Part shown: positions 1 to 8,892 of the stretch, piece after piece
Layout: each line of letters begins with the position of its first letter
How positions within the stretch are numbered: the stretch's first letter is position 1
Assembly: GCA_900617105.1 (NCBI GenBank)
Contig: UYFQ01000001.1
Location: 1,364,001 to 1,428,000 of the forward strand
Direction of reading: 5' to 3'
From: Hydrurus foetidus
Lineage: Eukaryota
DNA: 64,000 nucleotides
The notes under the pieces: generated by a model
Seen by the model: only the letters and a program-made list of their open reading frames with translations
What the model was told of the DNA's origin: nothing
Databases searched by the model: none
Made by a program: the position numbers and the translations under genes

Positions 1-73
1 CGATGACGATGCCCCGGCGTTCGCCTTCAGGCTTTTCGTAGGGTTTGGTGGCGGGTGGGGTTTCGATCTGCAT
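1..73 (-). CDS. cobO: cob(I)alamin adenosyltransferase, 5' end only (runs off window)
   Basis: Manual translation from ATG at 73 gives MQIETPPATKPYEKPEGERRGIVI, the typical lead-in to the CobO/BtuR (V)NTGxGKGK P-loop; B12 operon context. Confidence 0.7.
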   Translation of the reverse strand, partial: MQIETPPATKPYEKPEGERRGIVI

Positions 74-119
74 GGTTTGATTTTGAGAGATAAAAAGAGG
101 GAAAGGGATAACAGCGTCG

Positions 120-3100
120 TCATACCCGCGAAGGAGGATTCCGCCGCCCTTGAAAGGCAGCACCGCACAGCAGCACAAAACCCATCACCAGCCACGCCAG
201 AGCGCGGGTGAGCAGATCAGCATCAATGACGGGGGCTACGGCTTCAGGTTGGCGCTCAAGCAGCAAGCCTTTTGGCGGAGGGGGCGGTGGTGCAGGCAGA
301 GGTTGAACGGGTTCAGGCGGTGATGTGGGTGTGGCTTGTGGTGCGGGCTTGACATTGGGCGCAGGTGGCGCGGCCTGCGCAGGCATGACGGCATCCGGCA
401 CCAGCGCAGCATCCCCACCGAGCGCAGCCTTCACCACCCACTGGCGCACGACAGCCAGCTCGTTGTTCAGGGGTGCAGCGCGGGTCAGCGCTTGGTAGAC
501 GGTGGCGAGTTGCTGTTGGGTGGCCTTGTCCGCCTCCCAGTAGCCCAAACGCTGCGCTTGCACCAGCCGCTCCAGCGCCTGGGCGTAGGCTTGCGGGTGG
601 GTGCTCATCCACTGCGGCAGACCGAGTTTGTGCTTGTCTTTGACCAGCACGTCGAAAAAACTCTGCCAATGGTCAGGGCGGATGGTGTCGGGCGCGACGG
701 CTTGCCAGCCCCAGGCGAACTGCACGGCTTTGAGGACTTGCAACGTGCCGGAATACCCCTCGGCCTTTTGCGCCTGCAACCAGCCGGGGTGCAGATAGCG
801 TGACTGCATCTCTAAGGCGATGCTGCGTTGCGCGGTTTCCGTGGTGGCCTCGCTCACGTCCTGCAACTGGCTGACGTACAGGCCCAGCGCTTCTTTTTTA
901 CCGGCACTGTGGGCCGCAGCGGCCAACCCGCCCAGGTACTGGAACGGGTCGTCTGAGGTGACCATCGCGTAAAGGTTGGAGCTGCGCGACAGCACGGCCG
1001 CATCGGTTTGCCGCAGGTGCGCGCCCAGGGCCTGGGCAGCAGCGGCGGCGGGGATGCCGGTCAGCGCCTGACCATCGACATAGGGCTGGCTCATGCGCTG
1101 CAAGAAGAGTTCGCCCAGACGGGCATCGCTGCCACCGGTGCCAGTGCCCGCAGCATTGCCACTGGCACCGCTTGCACCACCAGCAGCCGCAGGTGCGTCT
1201 CGCCGCAACCCGTCAGACTGCACCGCGTCCGACACGCCCGTGCCGTAGTCGCCCACCACGTTGCCGAAGACGCGGGCGCGGGCCAAGGTTTGGGCTTGTG
1301 CGGCAGAGAGGCCACGCTGACGCAGCTCAGAAGCGACTTGGGCGGTGTTGCGGGCGATGGCGTTGCCAGCAGCCGTGCCTTTGTCGCCATCTTCAGCGGT
1401 TGTCGCCACTGCCACTGCTTGGTCGATCAAGGCCATCAGCGCGGGGAACTGGTCGCGGTAAGAGCCTGTCACGCTCAGCAACACATCCACACGGGGGCGT
1501 TGCAGCTCAGCCATGGGGATCAACTCGGTGCGGATGGGGCGACCGGCATCGTCCCACACGGGCCGCACGCCCAAAGCCACCAAAGCCTGCGCTTCCATGA
1601 TGCCCTGATGGCGCAGCGTCTCACCCGCCCACAGCGACAGAGCCATTCGCGATGGGGTATTTTTTTGATGAAGGCCTTGGTGCGTTGCTCGCCAGTCTTT
1701 CAGCCAATCGGTGAACAGCGTCTGCGCCACCGCATAGGCTTGGCGCGTGGGCAGGCGGCTGGGGTCTAAACCCGTCAGGTTACGGCCTGTGGGCAGGCTG
1801 TCCGGGTTGCGGATGGGGTCGCCACCGTAGGCAGCGGGGAGGAAGCGGCCTTCCAGCGCCGTCAGTAGACCGGGGATTTCGCCCTCGGTAGCGAGGAGTT
1901 TTTCCAGCGCTTGGGCGCGTTCGGCCAGTTTGAACAAGGCCGGGCTGTCGATGGGTTGACGCGCTGCACGGTTGGGCACCGGCCCCTGGGGTTCGGGGGG
2001 GCGTAAATCCAGCACGCTGGCGGCTTGCGCATCGCGCAGGGCCACATCCAGCCAGCGTGCTGGCCTTGCGGTGGCCACGGCTTTGTAGTCAATCAAAAAC
2101 GCCTCGTCGATGTCTTCCCCCAGCGCCTCAATCAAGGATTTGCGCAGCGATTGCAGGATGGTTTGGCGGCGCAAAGCAGCCTCGGGTACGCGGCCAAACA
2201 CGGCCAGACCTTGGGGTTGCGAGCTTTGCGCGAGTTGGTCTAGGTAGGGGTGCAGCAGCTCCAGAAAACCGGCAAAGTTGGCGGTGATGCGCTCTGCCGT
2301 CCAGCCCAGGTCTTTGTGCAGTTGGTGTTCCACAAAATTCGCTACCAGTTGCTTTTCTAAAGCCTGCTTGGTGGGGCCAGCGTCCACGGTTTCCCATTCG
2401 TGCATCAGCTCGTGCATGTGGGCCATGCGGGACTCGAACCCGGCGGGCGCGAAGACCGGGGTTTTATGGCTGACCAGCACAGCACGGCCCCGGCGCTTGG
2501 CGGTGAGGGCTTCGCCCAGGTTGTCCACGATGTAGGGGTAGATGACGGGGATATCCCCCAGCGGCAGCAGCGCGTCGTCGTCCACACTCAAACCCCGCGC
2601 TTTGCCCGGTGCCCACTCTTGCGTGCCGTGGGTGCCAAAGTGAATGAGCGCATCGGCCTGCTGTGCCCACAGGTAGACGGCGAGGTAATGGTGCGACAGC
2701 GGCGCTTTACTGCGATGCATGAACGGGTTTTGGCCCTGGCGCAAGGTTTCTTCACGCGGCGGCTGGGGCAGCACCGAGAGATTGCCGATGGCCAAACGCG
2801 GGATGACGAAGACTTTTTGCCCCTGCCAGTCGATCACATAACGGCTGCTTTGCGGCTCGCCCCACTGCGCGGTGATGCGCTGGCGCACGCTGGCGGGCAA
2901 GGTGGCCCACCACGCTTGGTAGCGGGCCAGCGGCAAGGCAGCGGCTTGGTCGTTCGCCAGCATCGCTCTTAAATCCGTAGCAGGGTAATAAGCTGCAATA
3001 AGCGGCTTAAGGCGTTCTACCCATTGGTCTTCAGGGATGGCTTGGGTGGTGTAGCCGTGCTGGGCGAGCGCACCCGACACCTGCTCCAAGCTGCGGGGCA

Positions 3101-4352
3101 CGTTCAAGAACGACGCGCCAAAGTTGCTGCCACCGGGCGGATAGTTGTAGACCATAGCGACGAGATGCTTGTCGGCTGCTGGCTTGGTTTGCAGGGTGAT
3201 GAGGCGGCGCACTTTGGCGGCCACGGCAGCGGCCTGGGCGACGATCAATTCTTGTTGGCCTTTGGGGCCTTGCGCTGCAATCAAGATGGGGTCGATGGTG
3301 CCAGCGGCTTCAGGTTGGGCGAGGTAAAAAGGCACATCGCTTTGCGCCAAGCCGTTCTCATCTGCGGCCCAGGTGGCGGTGTCGCCCTGGCGGTAAAGCT
3401 GGGTGGCCAGCACGGGCACGCCCCAGTGGGTGAACAGGGTTTGCAGGGCGATGCCTTGTGACAGCAGCTGGTGGGTGACGATGGCGCGGGGGTGGATGTT
3501 TGGCGCACCAGGGGTGTGGGCGCCATCTTTCGCTGGCACGGGTATTTCCAGCAAAGCCGTCAGCCCTAGCGCATCCACCTGCTGACCAAACACCGCGTAA
3601 GCCGCCAAGCCTTGGTCTGCAAACAGCTTCAGCCATGCGTCCAGCCACGCGGTGCTGCCGTTCACAAAGTGGTAACGGTGAACCAGCACCGCCACGGGCG
3701 GCAAGCCGCGCAACGTGGCATTCGTCTCTTGCCAGCGGGCGAAGGCGGCGGCATCGGTCATCAAATCGGGGGCCAAGGGGTGGTAGACACCGCGTGCGGG
3801 CCAGGGTTGGACTGCGGGCATCTCAGCGGCTGAGGGCAGCGGCTTGCCTTGTTGACTTTCGATCACCGCTTTGGCCAAGGCCAGTGCAGGACGCAGGTTA
3901 CGCTCGCCACCGGCTTGCAGGTACGCGGCCATGCGCTCTGTGCTGCCCTGCCCGGCTGTTTTGGAGGGTGCTTCGGACTTCGATTCGGACAAGGCCCACA
4001 CGGTGCGATCGGGATGGGTAGAGGCCCACGCCGCCAAAGTCTCGCCTACCAAGCCCTTCAAACGGACTTGCACCGTCGGGTGCGGCGCATCCACCCAGAC
4101 CAGCGCGGCTTTGGCCAAGGCGGTTTGCAGCGCGGCTTGGGTCACGGCATCCAGGTTGCTCGCGCCACGCAGGGGGTAATCGAGGTGCTGAACCGCCAGA
4201 CCTGCGTCAGCCGCAAGGCGCTCAACCATGGCGGTGCGGGCGGCAGGGGTCACATCGCCGGTGATCCACAGCAGCTGGGCATCGGCTGGGACGTTGAGCC
4301 CCAAGCACAACACCGCACCGAGCAGCAGGCGCATCAGTGAGGTACGTATCAC
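120..4352 (-). CDS. CobN/Mg-chelatase-family protein with N-terminal signal peptide, Pro-rich linker and C-terminal TM anchor (HmuS/BtuS-like)
   Basis: Motifs YNYPPG, HFGTHGTQEW, YPYIVDNLGEA..AKRR, LPTGRN, RPRVDV; hydrophobic N-terminus ending ADA; PAPPPPPP then hydrophobic helix and RR at C-terminus. Confidence 0.9.
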   Translation of the reverse strand: MIRTSLMRLLLGAVLCLGLNVPADAQLLWITGDVTPAARTAMVERLAADAGLAVQHLDYPLRGASNLDAVTQAALQTALAKAALVWVDAPHPTVQVRLKGLVGETLAAWASTHPDRTVWALSESKSEAPSKTAGQGSTERMAAYLQAGGERNLRPALALAKAVIESQQGKPLPSAAEMPAVQPWPARGVYHPLAPDLMTDAAAFARWQETNATLRGLPPVAVLVHRYHFVNGSTAWLDAWLKLFADQGLAAYAVFGQQVDALGLTALLEIPVPAKDGAHTPGAPNIHPRAIVTHQLLSQGIALQTLFTHWGVPVLATQLYRQGDTATWAADENGLAQSDVPFYLAQPEAAGTIDPILIAAQGPKGQQELIVAQAAAVAAKVRRLITLQTKPAADKHLVAMVYNYPPGGSNFGASFLNVPRSLEQVSGALAQHGYTTQAIPEDQWVERLKPLIAAYYPATDLRAMLANDQAAALPLARYQAWWATLPASVRQRITAQWGEPQSSRYVIDWQGQKVFVIPRLAIGNLSVLPQPPREETLRQGQNPFMHRSKAPLSHHYLAVYLWAQQADALIHFGTHGTQEWAPGKARGLSVDDDALLPLGDIPVIYPYIVDNLGEALTAKRRGRAVLVSHKTPVFAPAGFESRMAHMHELMHEWETVDAGPTKQALEKQLVANFVEHQLHKDLGWTAERITANFAGFLELLHPYLDQLAQSSQPQGLAVFGRVPEAALRRQTILQSLRKSLIEALGEDIDEAFLIDYKAVATARPARWLDVALRDAQAASVLDLRPPEPQGPVPNRAARQPIDSPALFKLAERAQALEKLLATEGEIPGLLTALEGRFLPAAYGGDPIRNPDSLPTGRNLTGLDPSRLPTRQAYAVAQTLFTDWLKDWRATHQGLHQKNTPSRMALSLWAGETLRHQGIMEAQALVALGVRPVWDDAGRPIRTELIPMAELQRPRVDVLLSVTGSYRDQFPALMALIDQAVAVATTAEDGDKGTAAGNAIARNTAQVASELRQRGLSAAQAQTLARARVFGNVVGDYGTGVSDAVQSDGLRRDAPAAAGGASGASGNAAGTGTGGSDARLGELFLQRMSQPYVDGQALTGIPAAAAAQALGAHLRQTDAAVLSRSSNLYAMVTSDDPFQYLGGLAAAAHSAGKKEALGLYVSQLQDVSEATTETAQRSIALEMQSRYLHPGWLQAQKAEGYSGTLQVLKAVQFAWGWQAVAPDTIRPDHWQSFFDVLVKDKHKLGLPQWMSTHPQAYAQALERLVQAQRLGYWEADKATQQQLATVYQALTRAAPLNNELAVVRQWVVKAALGGDAALVPDAVMPAQAAPPAPNVKPAPQATPTSPPEPVQPLPAPPPPPPKGLLLERQPEAVAPVIDADLLTRALAWLVMGFVLLCGAAFQGRRNPPSRV
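2965..3018 (+). repeat. Dispersed double-palindrome motif copy 1 (inside CobN-like gene)
   Basis: GCTCTTAAATCCGTAGC AGGGTA ATAAGCTGCAATAAGCG. Confidence 0.55.
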
Positions 4353-4738
4353 TTGGCGGATACCTTGTCGCTTGATTTTTCGCCCGTTGTTTCGCGTGGT
4401 TTTTCACCCGCCTTGTCACCCAGTTCAGGCACGTACATGATGTTGCCGTCTTTCAGCTTGTACGCCACGCCAGCACGCACGCCCTCGCCTTGCGTGCTGC
4501 CACCGTTGCCTTTGAATTTGACCTCTTTGCCGTCTTTGCGCACCACGATTTCCATGTTGGGCTCACCAGCGTTGCGGATGATGGTGACGTTCTGGTCTTG
4601 GGCTTGCTGCTGGCTTTGCACAGCCACTGCGGCCAGCAAGGCCACCACCAACACCAAAAACACGTCCACCAAATTGACTGCAGACAGCATCGGGTCGTCA
4701 TCGTCTTCGGCGAGGATATTGAGGTGCTTCATGGCCAT
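4349..4738 (-). CDS. DUF2149-family single-TM protein
   Basis: DDDPMLSAVNLVDVFLVL signature, C-terminal G.RAGVAYKLKDG..MYVPE; overlaps CobN-like start. Confidence 0.85.
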   Translation of the reverse strand: MAMKHLNILAEDDDDPMLSAVNLVDVFLVLVVALLAAVAVQSQQQAQDQNVTIIRNAGEPNMEIVVRKDGKEVKFKGNGGSTQGEGVRAGVAYKLKDGNIMYVPELGDKAGEKPRETTGEKSSDKVSAK

Positions 4739-4739
4739 C

Positions 4740-5198
4740 TCACACCCCCCGCGCTTTGCGAATGGCCAGCAGTTCCACCATCAACCAGCGTCTGCGCACC
4801 GAGTAGACGACCAGCCCCATCGAAGCCGCCGCCAGTGCCAGCACCACGCCCGCAAAGGCCCCGCTGAACACCTGCAAGGCCTGCTGCCCCTGCCCCGCCG
4901 CCACGCTTTGCAGCGCAGGCCCGAGGGGAATCATCGTGGCGATCAGCCCCAGCATGGGCGACAAACGGCTGAGCAGGCGCACCGGCTCGATTTGGCGCAC
5001 GACTTGCAGTTCCAGCTCGTCCATAGATGCCTCGGGCGCGGCATTGAGCGCCGTGTAACCCGGAATGCGCCAGCGCTGCCACGCCTCCATCAGCGTGCGC
5101 CCCGCGCACCACAGGGCGTAAACAAAGGCCAGAGCGACCAGCAGCATCACCGGCCAGAGGAGAGACTGAGCGAGTTGAGAAAAGGTGGTTTCGATCAT
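4740..5198 (-). CDS. MotA/TolQ/ExbB proton channel family protein
   Basis: SPMLGLIATMIPLGPAL motif, 3 TM segments; ATG at 5198 overlaps bluB stop (ATGA). Confidence 0.85.
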   Translation of the reverse strand: MIETTFSQLAQSLLWPVMLLVALAFVYALWCAGRTLMEAWQRWRIPGYTALNAAPEASMDELELQVVRQIEPVRLLSRLSPMLGLIATMIPLGPALQSVAAGQGQQALQVFSGAFAGVVLALAAASMGLVVYSVRRRWLMVELLAIRKARGV

Positions 5199-5917
5199 GT
5201 GCTTGCTTTCAAAAAAGGGAACAAACCCGATGCCTGCCCCCACTGGTCGTCGAATACCAGCGACGCCAGCGCCTCGCGCCGTGCCCAGCTTTCTTGTTGC
5301 AGCATGGGCTGGTCGTAAAACCGCTCTACCGGCCCCAGGCACAGCAGCGCTATCGGCTCAGCCCCCGCAGGCAGGCCCAGCAACGCGGCCAAGGCCAACG
5401 GATCAAACAGCGACACCCAGCCCATACCCAAGCCTTCGGCGCGGGCGGCCAGCCACAGGTTTTGGATGGCGCAGGCGCTGGAGGCCAAATCCATTTGCGG
5501 CAAGGTGCGGCGGCCAAAAATATGCTTCTCGCGGCCATCGGGCAGCACCACGGCCAGCACCTCGGCGGCGTCCAGCAGCCCTTGCACCTTGAGGCGCATG
5601 AAGTCGTCTTCACGCTCACCCATCGCACTGGCTGTCAGCAGACGCTCTGCTTCCACGAGGTCGTGCAGTTGATGGCGCAGCGGGGTTTGCGTGATGCGGA
5701 TAAAGCGCCAGGGCTGCATGAACCCCACGCTGGGGCCGTGGTGCGCGGCCATCAGCAGGCGTTGCAGCAGCGCCGCATCCACCGTGCCTCCGCTGAAGTG
5801 GCGCATGTCGCGGCGCTCAAAGATGGCGCGGTAAACGGCTTGGCGCTCAAGCTCACTGAAGGCGTGAGCGGGTATGGCGGTGGGTGTTTCACAGGTCATG
5901 GGATTCATGAGATTCAT
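5195..5917 (-). CDS. bluB: 5,6-dimethylbenzimidazole synthase
   Basis: RRDMRHF, HHGPSVGFMQPW, AIQNLWLAARAEGLGMGWVS nitroreductase-fold motifs. Confidence 0.92.
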   Translation of the reverse strand: MNLMNPMTCETPTAIPAHAFSELERQAVYRAIFERRDMRHFSGGTVDAALLQRLLMAAHHGPSVGFMQPWRFIRITQTPLRHQLHDLVEAERLLTASAMGEREDDFMRLKVQGLLDAAEVLAVVLPDGREKHIFGRRTLPQMDLASSACAIQNLWLAARAEGLGMGWVSLFDPLALAALLGLPAGAEPIALLCLGPVERFYDQPMLQQESWARREALASLVFDDQWGQASGLFPFLKAST

Positions 5918-5929
5918 GGGATGGCCGTT

Positions 5930-8098
5930 CTAAAACGTCCACCGCGCCGTCATGCGCAGGCTTCTGGGCTCGATGGGGTGGATGTGACGGTCGTCGATAC
6001 CGCCGTTGCTGCACTGTCCGCTGGTCGCCTCGCGGGCGGTGCAAGAGGCGTAGAAATACTCAATATCGTTCGCCCTCCGGTTCGCGAGGTTGAACACATC
6101 CAGGCTGAGCGTGAGATTCTGGCTGGCGATGTAGCCGACGCGGGCGTTCAGCAGCGTCGAACTGACGGACATCACCTGCCCCAGCGTGTCCAGCGGGCGC
6201 GGCCCCATGTGGCGCAGTTGCAGCCCGGTTTGCCACGGGCCGCGCTGCCAGACCGCAGAGGCACTGATGACGCGGTTGGCGGCGTTGTCGATGAAGTTGC
6301 CCTCGCCCGCAGGGGCTTCCCCGGTGTAGCGGGCACGGGACTGCGCCCAGGTGGCGTTCAACTTCCAGTCACGGGCGGGCAACCACTGGGTGATGGCTTC
6401 CAGGCCCACCCGGCGGCTGGGTCGCCCGGCCTCGGTGGTGCCCGCGTCGCCCACAAACACCAACTCAGACCCCATCTTGAGCGACCACAGCGAGACGCTG
6501 GTCGAAAAATCAGCTGAGGGCGCGAACTTCCAGCCCAGCTCTGCGCCTGTGCCGCGCACCATCGCGGGCACGCGCTGTGCGGCGGCACCCGTTTGCGGGT
6601 CGGTGGTGATGGTGGCACCACGGGCATCGTTGGTGTGGAAACCCACGCCCGCATTGGCGTACAGCTCATGGGCTGCGTTCACGCGCCACGCCAGCCCGGC
6701 TTTGGGTTGCCACAGGCGGGTCTGGCCGCGTCCGCTGTTGACGTGGCCAAAAACAGGCTCTTGGCCACGCACGCTGTAGCGCAGGCTGTCCAGACGCACA
6801 CCGGCAAAACCGCGCACGCTGTCGGTGAACTGCAAAAGCTGCTGGGCGTAGAGCGAGACCATGTCTTGCGATACTTTGTCTTGCCGCACCAGGGTGTCAC
6901 GCACACGGGCTTGCGTGAGGTAAAGGCCCAAGTCCCCTACCCTGTCGCCACGCCAGCTGGCCCCCAACGTCAGCATGCCGTCGATTCCGAACAGCGGCAA
7001 GGCCCGTTCACGGCGGACGCTGGCCCCGTACACAGAGCGGCCATCCGACTGCTCGAACTGGTCGCCCTCCACCGGGCGGTTCAGGTGGTAGGTGAAGTTA
7101 GACCACAGCTGGGTGCTGGAGCGCACCGCGTAGACCGACACATCGGTGTTGCCCTGGGCGCTGCGGTCGTGCCACAGCGCGGACAGGCTGGTGCGGCTGG
7201 AGCGCCCACTGTCCGTGGGGTCTACCGCACCGAATCGGGGCAGTGTGCCCGCCGTCACCTCGCGCAAGGGGATTTGGTCGGTGGAATTCCACGCATTGCG
7301 GTGCCACATGCCGGTCAGGCTGAAACCCTGGGCGGCGTTGCCCTGGCTGTAGCGCAGCAAGGCATTGCCTTTGCGCACGCCCTGCGGGTTGTCCCACGGG
7401 CCATCGTTGCCCAACAGCTCCAGCGCACCCAGCCAGTGCTGGTTGTCACGGCTCTTGGAGCCTGCCAGCACGGTGCGGCGGTAATTGTTCGGCCCCAACG
7501 TGACTTGGGCAAAGGGGCGGTCAATCTGGTTGACATAGCGTAGCGCCGCGCTGCCCGCGAGGGAAAAATCGCCGTCGCCCACGTAGTAGGTGCCTTTGCG
7601 AAAGCGCAGGCCGGTGAGCATCTCAGGAATCAGCACATTCAGGTTGGTGTAGCCCTGGGCATGGCCGTGCGAGGCCATGTTCATGGGCATACCGTCCAGC
7701 GACACCGAGAAATCGGTGCCGTGGTCGAGGTTGAAACCGCGCAAAAAATACTGGCTGGCTTTGCCGTCACCCGAATGCTGCGTGACGACCATGCCGGGCA
7801 CGGCCTCCAGCACTTCAGCAGGACGCAAGAGCGGGCGCTGCTGCAAGGCTTGGGTGCTGACTGTGCCTTCGCTGGCGCTGTCGAAACTGCCCAAAATGGC
7901 GCTGGGCGAGGCGTTGATCTGCACGGTGCCGAGGGTGCTGTCGCCAGAAGCCAAGCCAGAAGCCAGACGTGGCGCATCGCTGGCAGCATGGTGCGAGGCT
8001 TCACGCCCGGCCTTTTCGGCTTGCGCCAACGCCAGGGGCGAGCCTACGCCGGTAGCGCACAGCACAGCGAATTTGAAAGCGGTTTTAGGACTGCACAT
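5930..8098 (-). CDS. TonB-dependent receptor (possibly metal or metal-chelate)
   Basis: Plug motif QHSGDGKASQYFLRGFNLDHGTDF, C-terminal W-T-F; start MCSPK.. chosen for its signal peptide. Confidence 0.85.
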   Translation of the reverse strand: MCSPKTAFKFAVLCATGVGSPLALAQAEKAGREASHHAASDAPRLASGLASGDSTLGTVQINASPSAILGSFDSASEGTVSTQALQQRPLLRPAEVLEAVPGMVVTQHSGDGKASQYFLRGFNLDHGTDFSVSLDGMPMNMASHGHAQGYTNLNVLIPEMLTGLRFRKGTYYVGDGDFSLAGSAALRYVNQIDRPFAQVTLGPNNYRRTVLAGSKSRDNQHWLGALELLGNDGPWDNPQGVRKGNALLRYSQGNAAQGFSLTGMWHRNAWNSTDQIPLREVTAGTLPRFGAVDPTDSGRSSRTSLSALWHDRSAQGNTDVSVYAVRSSTQLWSNFTYHLNRPVEGDQFEQSDGRSVYGASVRRERALPLFGIDGMLTLGASWRGDRVGDLGLYLTQARVRDTLVRQDKVSQDMVSLYAQQLLQFTDSVRGFAGVRLDSLRYSVRGQEPVFGHVNSGRGQTRLWQPKAGLAWRVNAAHELYANAGVGFHTNDARGATITTDPQTGAAAQRVPAMVRGTGAELGWKFAPSADFSTSVSLWSLKMGSELVFVGDAGTTEAGRPSRRVGLEAITQWLPARDWKLNATWAQSRARYTGEAPAGEGNFIDNAANRVISASAVWQRGPWQTGLQLRHMGPRPLDTLGQVMSVSSTLLNARVGYIASQNLTLSLDVFNLANRRANDIEYFYASCTAREATSGQCSNGGIDDRHIHPIEPRSLRMTARWTF

Positions 8099-8114
8099 GG
8101 ATAAAGCTTCCTTT

Positions 8115-8168
8115 GCTCTTATTTGTATAGCGCTATCCACTGATCGGATAAGCGGTGAACGGCAATTC
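8115..8168 (+). repeat. Motif copy 2 (3' end of ABC ATPase)
   Basis: GCTCTTATTTGTATAGC GCTATC CACTGATCGGATAAGCG. Confidence 0.6.
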
Positions 8169-8892
8169 GGTTGTCAAAAACCTGTTGCAAAGCCGTGTGG
8201 GTTGCCACGTCATCGCAAGCACCGTGGTGGGTGACGCGGCCAGCCGCCATCACCACCATCGCATCAGCGTGCAAGGCCATCGAGATTTCGTGCAGCACGC
8301 TGACGACGGTGGTGCCCTGCGCGACCAAGCCGCGCACCAGGGCCAGCCAGTCGGCTTGGTGGGGCGGGTCGAGATTGGCCAGCGGTTCGTCCATCAGCAG
8401 CACGGCGGCTTGCACGGCCAGCGCACGGGCCAGCAGCACGCGCTGGCGCTCGCCACCGGAAAGCTCACCCAAACTGCGCTCGCGCCAGTCCCAGGCGTGG
8501 GTGCTGCGCAGCGCCTGCTCGACAGCCGCGCGATCCGCCGCGCTGGGGGCGGCCAGCCAGGGCTGGTGCGGCAGACGGCCCAGCATGGCCACGTCGTAAA
8601 CGGTCAAGTCGTCAGCAGCGGATTCGTTTTGCCCCAGCCACGCCAGCTTTTGGGCGCGTTCGCGGGCTGGCAGATGCGCAATGGGGCGGCCTGCAAGCTG
8701 GACTTCACCGCTGATGGGCAGCAACCCCGCCAAAGCTTTGAGCAACGTGGATTTGCCCGCGCCGTTGGGGCCAACGATGCTCGTCCAGCGGGCGGCGGGC
8801 AGGTTCAGGGTGATCTGGTGCAATACCTTGGAATTTCCGAGCTTTGCACTTATTTCATATGCACTGACAGCTATTAAAGGTATAGCCGTCAC
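8119..8892 (-). CDS. Cobalamin/Fe-siderophore ABC transporter ATPase (BtuD-like)
   Basis: GPNGAGKS, LSGGERQR, LLMDEP; GTG at 8892 overlaps permease stop (GTGA). Confidence 0.9.
   Translation of the reverse strand: MTAIPLIAVSAYEISAKLGNSKVLHQITLNLPAARWTSIVGPNGAGKSTLLKALAGLLPISGEVQLAGRPIAHLPARERAQKLAWLGQNESAADDLTVYDVAMLGRLPHQPWLAAPSAADRAAVEQALRSTHAWDWRERSLGELSGGERQRVLLARALAVQAAVLLMDEPLANLDPPHQADWLALVRGLVAQGTTVVSVLHEISMALHADAMVVMAAGRVTHHGACDDVATHTALQQVFDNRIAVHRLSDQWIALYK
8833..8886 (-). repeat. Motif copy 3 (5' end of ABC ATPase)
   Basis: GCTATACCTTTAATAGC TGTCAG TGCATATGAAATAAGTG. Confidence 0.7.

Noticed and set aside
120..4352. Calling this gene canonical cobN of CobNST
   Set aside because: Signal peptide, C-terminal TM and no cobS/cobT; gene symbol withheld.
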